From Neoechinorhynchus agilis (lineage: Eukaryota; Animalia; Acanthocephala): 14,991 bases of DNA. The translations under genes and the position numbers were made by a program. The notes under the pieces were generated by a model, which worked only from the letters and a program-made list of their open reading frames with translations, searched no databases and was not told the origin of the DNA. The stretch spans positions 1-14,991 of the forward strand of contig JBMGUZ010000066.1 in the NCBI GenBank assembly GCA_051530055.1. The letters are read 5' to 3'. Numbering within the stretch: position 1 is the stretch's first letter; each line of letters begins with the position of its first letter. This document shows positions 10,666 through 14,991 of the stretch, in pieces.

Positions 10666-12857
10666 TTATTTGAAAATAACAATTTTTCGTTTGCTAGAAT
10701 TATTAAACCGCGTTTTATCAGATGAAAAGAACGAAACTAAACAAGAATAGAAAAATTTAATCCGGTTCTTAATTTTAGATTTGTTTGTAAGGCGATTAGA
10801 AATCCGGAATAAATACAATTATAAATTTTTTTGTGTAAATAAGAGAATTTCTTTGTTGTTTGAAAATAACAATTTTTATTTATCAGAATTATTAAACCGC
10901 GTTTTATCAGATGAAAAGAACGAAACTAAACAAGAACAGAAAATTTTAATCCTGTTCTTAATTTTAGATTTGTTTGTAAGGCGATTAGAAATCCGGAATA
11001 AATACAATTATAAAAATTTTTTTGTGTAAATAAGAGAATTAGTTCGTTATTTGAAATTAATATTTTTTTTGGCTTTTTAGAATTATTAAACCGCGTTTTA
11101 TCAGATGAAAATAACGAAACTAAACAAGAATAGAAAAATTTAATCCGGTTCTTAATTTCAGATTTGTTTGTAAGACGATTAGAAATCCGGAATAAATACA
11201 ATTATAAAAATTTTTGTGTAAATAAGAGAATTTCTTTGTTCTTTTAAAATAACAATTTTTCGTTTGCTAGAATTATTAAACCGCGTTTTATCAGATGAAA
11301 AGAACGAAACTAAACACGAATAGAAAATTTCAATCCTGTTCTTAATTTTAGATTTGTTTGTAAGGCGATTAGAAATCCGGAATAAATACAATTATAAAAA
11401 TTTTTTTGTGTAAATAAGAGAATTTCTTTGTTATTTGAAAATAACAATTTTTTTTATCAGAATTATTAAACCGCGTTTTATCAGATGAAAAGAACGAAAC
11501 TAAACAAGAATAGAAAAATTTAATCCGGTTCTTAATTTTAGATTTGTTTGTAAGGCGATTAGAAATCCGGAATAAATACAATTATAAAATTTTTTGTATA
11601 TATTAAAATTTCTTTGTTCTTTTAAAATAACAATTTTTCGTTTGCTAGAATTATTAAACCGCGTTTTATCAGATGAAAAGAACGAAACTAAACAAGAATA
11701 GAAAAATTCAATCCTGTTCTTAATTTTAGATTTGTTTGTAAGGCGATTAGAAATCCGGAATAAATACAATTATAAAAATTTTTTTGTGTAAATAAGAGAA
11801 TTTCTTTGTTATTTGAAAATAACAATTTTTATTTATCAGAATTATTAAACCGCGTTTTATCAGATGAAAAGAACGAAACTAAACAAGAATAGAAAAATTT
11901 AATCCGGTTCTTAATTTTAGATTTGTTTGTAAGGCGATTAGAAATCCGGAATAAATACAATTATAAAATTTTTTTGTGTAAATAAGAGAATTTCTTTGTT
12001 ATTTGAAAATAACAATTTTTATTTATCAGAATTATTAAACCGCGTTTTATCAGATGAAAAGAACGAAACTAAACAAGAATAGAAAAATTTAATCCTGTTC
12101 TTAATTTTAGATTTGTTTGTAAGGCGATTAGAAATCCGGAATAAATACAATTATAAATTTTTTTGTGTAAATAAGAGAATTTCTTTGTTGTTTGAAAATA
12201 ACAATTTTTATTTATCAGAATTATTAAACCGCGTTTTATCAGATGAAAAGAACGAAACTAAACAAGAACAGAAAATTTTAATCCTGTTCTTAATTTTAGA
12301 TTTGTTTGTAAGGCGATTAGAAATCCGGAATAAATACAATTATAAAAATTTTTTTGTGTAAATAAGAGAATTAGTTCGTTATTTGAAATTAATATTTTTT
12401 TTGGCTTTTTAGAATTATTAAACCGCGTTTTATCAGATGAAAATAACGAAACTAAACAAGAATAGAAAAATTTAATCCGGTTCTTAATTTCAGATTTGTT
12501 TGTAAGACGATTAGAAATCCGGAATAAATACAATTATAAAAATTTTTGTGTAAATAAGAGAATTTCTTTGTTCTTTTAAAATAACAATTTTTCGTTTGCT
12601 AGAATTATTAAACCGCGTTTTATCAGATGAAAAGAACGAAACTAAACACGAATAGAAAATTTCAATCCTGTTCTTAATTTTAGATTTGTTTGTAAGGCGA
12701 TTAGAAATCCCGAATAAATACAATTATAAAAATTTTTTTGTGTAAATAAGAGAATTTCTTTGTTATTTGAAAATAACAATTTTTTTGGCTTTTTAGAATT
12801 ATTAAACCGCGTTTTATCATATGAAAATAACGAAACTAAACAAAAATAGAAAAATTT
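10666..12857. repeat. AT-rich tandem array, 188-194 bp unit, about 11.5 copies
   Basis: The CCGCGTTTTATC anchor starts at 10708, 10897, 11091, 11281, 11471, 11659, 11850, 12040, 12229, 12423, 12613 and 12807. Confidence 0.97.
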
Positions 12858-12952
12858 TTTTAAAAAAGCTGAATTGAACATTTACTAGAGATGCCGGATA
12901 AATGTGCAATTAAAGAAAATTTTATGTAAAAGACGTTTTCTCACATACGCAT

Positions 12953-13808
12953 TTAATCCTCCCATCCTTTATGACTATCTAGGAGTAACGATGTGTTTTT
13001 CATAATAACTTCCCAGAATTTATCGGTGTTTTCATATCCGAATCTTACGGCATAATGAGTGAACACTTTGCGTATTTCCCAATTAACATAATGTCTTGAT
13101 TTTCGCATTCTATTCACCATTTTTCGATTTTCTTTGCACTCTTTAAGATGATGCATTTGGAAATTGTACTTGTCCGAATACTCTAAATTCTGTTCAAAAA
13201 TATAATCTTCAAATTGTTGCATAAAATACTTAAAATCCTGATAGCAATAGACTACAGTGTAAGTCATGTCCAGTATTCGTTGTCCAAAATCCTGACAATC
13301 AGTCGAATTTATTGGCATAAAGTCTAATCGTTCCCGTCGGCGCGATTTCTTAAGGGCTCTCGTCAAATCGTCAAAGTACTCGACCAATGTCCAATAAGTT
13401 GTATTGTAAAATTGGAATTGAGCGTGTCTTTGATAATAAACACCGGGACAATCTTCGTCTCTGTAAGGATCCGGAACATCTAATGGAATCTTCTTGTAGC
13501 GTCGTTTCATATCGCTCATGTAGTTCTCCGTTATTTTCTTACATTCCATGTATTGAAGAAGCTTCTTTGTCTCTTTTTTCCATCGTCCATTACAAAGTTT
13601 AGTACGGAGATCCATAATGTATCCAATGTTTGAGTTTCGCTCAAGGATATTGACCTCAATGGAGGGTTTTTTGAAGTAGTGATCAATTCAAAAAAACACT
13701 TACATATTCAACCACGTACATGTTTGCAATGTGACCACCCATAACGATCAGAGGAGCTTTTTTTCGGGGGAAAAAGCATTCAGTCTTTATCTTAACCATC
13801 ATCTCCAT
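12953..13808 (-). CDS. Hypothetical protein, probably 268 aa in 2 exons: complement(join(12953..13654,13704..13808)); no recognised family
   Basis: The 220-aa ORF (12953-13615) is in non-repetitive DNA, and its frame stays open upstream past 13654. A 105-nt exon (MEMMVKIKTECFFPRKKAPLIVMGGHIANMYVVEY) starts at ACCATGG with an in-frame TGA four codons upstream and ends at a GTAAGT donor. A 49-nt phase-0 intron joins it in frame. The core ORF is better supported than the exon-1 junction. Confidence 0.68.
13655..13703 (-). other. Probable intron of the hypothetical gene (49 nt, GTAAGT...ATTGAG, phase 0)
   Basis: Consensus GTAAGT donor, length within the 41-50 nt range of the neighbouring gene's introns, contains stops and restores the frame. 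The GAG acceptor is atypical, which lowers confidence. Confidence 0.55.
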
Positions 13809-13822
13809 GGTTACAAATCATT

Positions 13823-14991
13823 TGTTGGGTTTTTTTGCGAAAAAATGAACAAAATCAAATATATGTAAGAAGGTTGCGAATTATTTTTGTAAAAAATTTG
13901 TTTCAATTGGAAATATCAGGGTTTTTTGAGAAAAAAATAAGCGTTTATCTTAGAAATTTAAATTATTAGTCTAAAAAGGCTGAGAGTTATTTTTTAACGC
14001 TTTTTATTAATCAGAAATATCGGGTTTTTTTGCGAAAAAAATAAGCGTTTATCTTAGAAATTTAAATTATTGGTCTCAAAAGGTCGAGAATTATTTTTTA
14101 ATTGGGAATGTTGGGTTTTTTTGCGAAAAAATGAACAAAATCAAATATATAAGAAGGTTGCGAATTATTTTTGCAAAAAATTGTTTTAATTGGAAATATC
14201 GGGGTTTTTTGAGAAAAAAATAAGCGTTTATCTTAGAAATTTAAATTATTGGTCTCAAAAGGTCGAGAATTATTTTTTAATTGGGAATCTTGGGTTTTTT
14301 GCGAAAAAATGAACAAAATCAAATATATAAGTAGGTTGCGAATTATTTTTGCAAAAAATTGTTTTAATTAGAAATATCGGCGTTTATTGCGAAAAAATGA
14401 GCGTTTATCTTAGAAATTTAAATTATTGGTCTAAAAAGGTTGAGAATTATTTTTTAATCGGGGATGCTTGGGTTTTTTTGTCGAAAAAATGAACAAAATC
14501 AAATATATAAGAAGGTTGCGAATTATTTTTGCAAAAAATTGTTTTAATTGGAAATATCGGGTTTTTTGAGAAAAAATGAGCGTTTATCTTAGAAATTTAA
14601 ATTATTAGTCTAAAATGGTTAAGAATTATTTTTTATCATTTTTTACTGATCGGAAATATTGGGTTTTTGCGAAAAAATGAGCGTTTATCTTAGAAATTTA
14701 AATTATTAGTCTAAAAAGGTTGAGAATTATTTTTTAACATTTTTTACTAATCGGAAATATTGGGTTTTTTGCGAAAAAATGAGCGTTTATCTTAGAAATT
14801 TAAATTATTGGTCTAAAAAGGTTGAGAATTATTTTTTAATCGGGGATGCTTGGGTTTTTTTGCGAAAAAATCAACAAAATCAAATATATAAGAAGGTTGC
14901 GAATTATTTTTGCGAAAAATTTGTTTTAATTGGAAATATCGGGGTTTTTGCGAAAAATTACCTAAATCAAATATATAAGAAGGTTACAAAT
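13823..14991. repeat. Composite tandem array of related 89-103 bp monomers (types A, B, B') sharing a GGGTTTTTTGCGAAAAAAT head; runs off the window end
   Basis: Monomer heads at about 13827(A), 13919(B'), 14022(B), 14113(A), 14201(B), 14292(A), 14379(B), 14470(A), 14559(B'), 14661(B'), 14762(B), 14852(A), 14941(A-like). Type A continues ...AACAAAATCAAATATATAAGAAGG; types B and B' continue ...AGCGTTTATCTTAGAAATTTAAATTATT. Confidence 0.95.

Noticed and set aside
10781-12881. Phe/Lys/Asn/Ile-rich ORFs in the 190-bp array
   Set aside because: They are translations of an AT-rich repeat on both strands with mostly non-ATG starts and are broken by homopolymer length changes between units.
13387-13602. 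71-aa plus-strand ORF
   Set aside because: It is an antisense shadow of the longer minus-strand ORF.
13699-13703. GTAAG as a baculovirus-type late promoter (DTAAG) for the 220-aa ORF
   Set aside because: It is better explained as a GTAAGT splice donor, because it ends an open 35-codon exon with a Kozak ATG and yields an in-frame 49-nt intron. It would be worth revisiting only if the protein proves viral.
10666-14991. Nucleosome-length tuning of periods (190 bp; A+B about 179 bp; 2 x 70.6 = 141 bp)
   Set aside because: Many satellite lengths fall in this range. Without MNase data the match is not evidence of function.

Overview
This is eukaryotic, probably invertebrate-animal, genomic DNA, not a prokaryotic locus. 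About 85% of the window is three unrelated tandem arrays: a 70-71 bp CpG-rich satellite carrying a CRE palindrome (TGACGTCA) in most monomers (1-~9640, about 135 monomers), a ~190 bp AT-rich array (~10666-12857, about 11.5 units), and a composite ~90-100 bp A/B array (~13823 to window end). Two convergent genes lie between them, and the ORF track misses or truncates both because they have very short (41-50 nt) spliceosomal introns. Gene 1 (+, join 9800-9941, 9992-10118, 10168-10266, 10308-10439, 10488-10569; 193 aa) is a strongly diverged translocon-associated protein gamma (TRAP-gamma/SSR3-like). Gene 2 (-, 12953-13654 plus a probable first exon at 13704-13808; about 268 aa) is a Tyr/Met-rich protein I do not recognise. 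The 5' end of each gene lies next to a satellite (about 160 bp and about 14 bp away), so the arrays may supply promoter or enhancer function. That idea is inference. All ORF-track entries inside the arrays are judged spurious. Everything was read and counted by eye.
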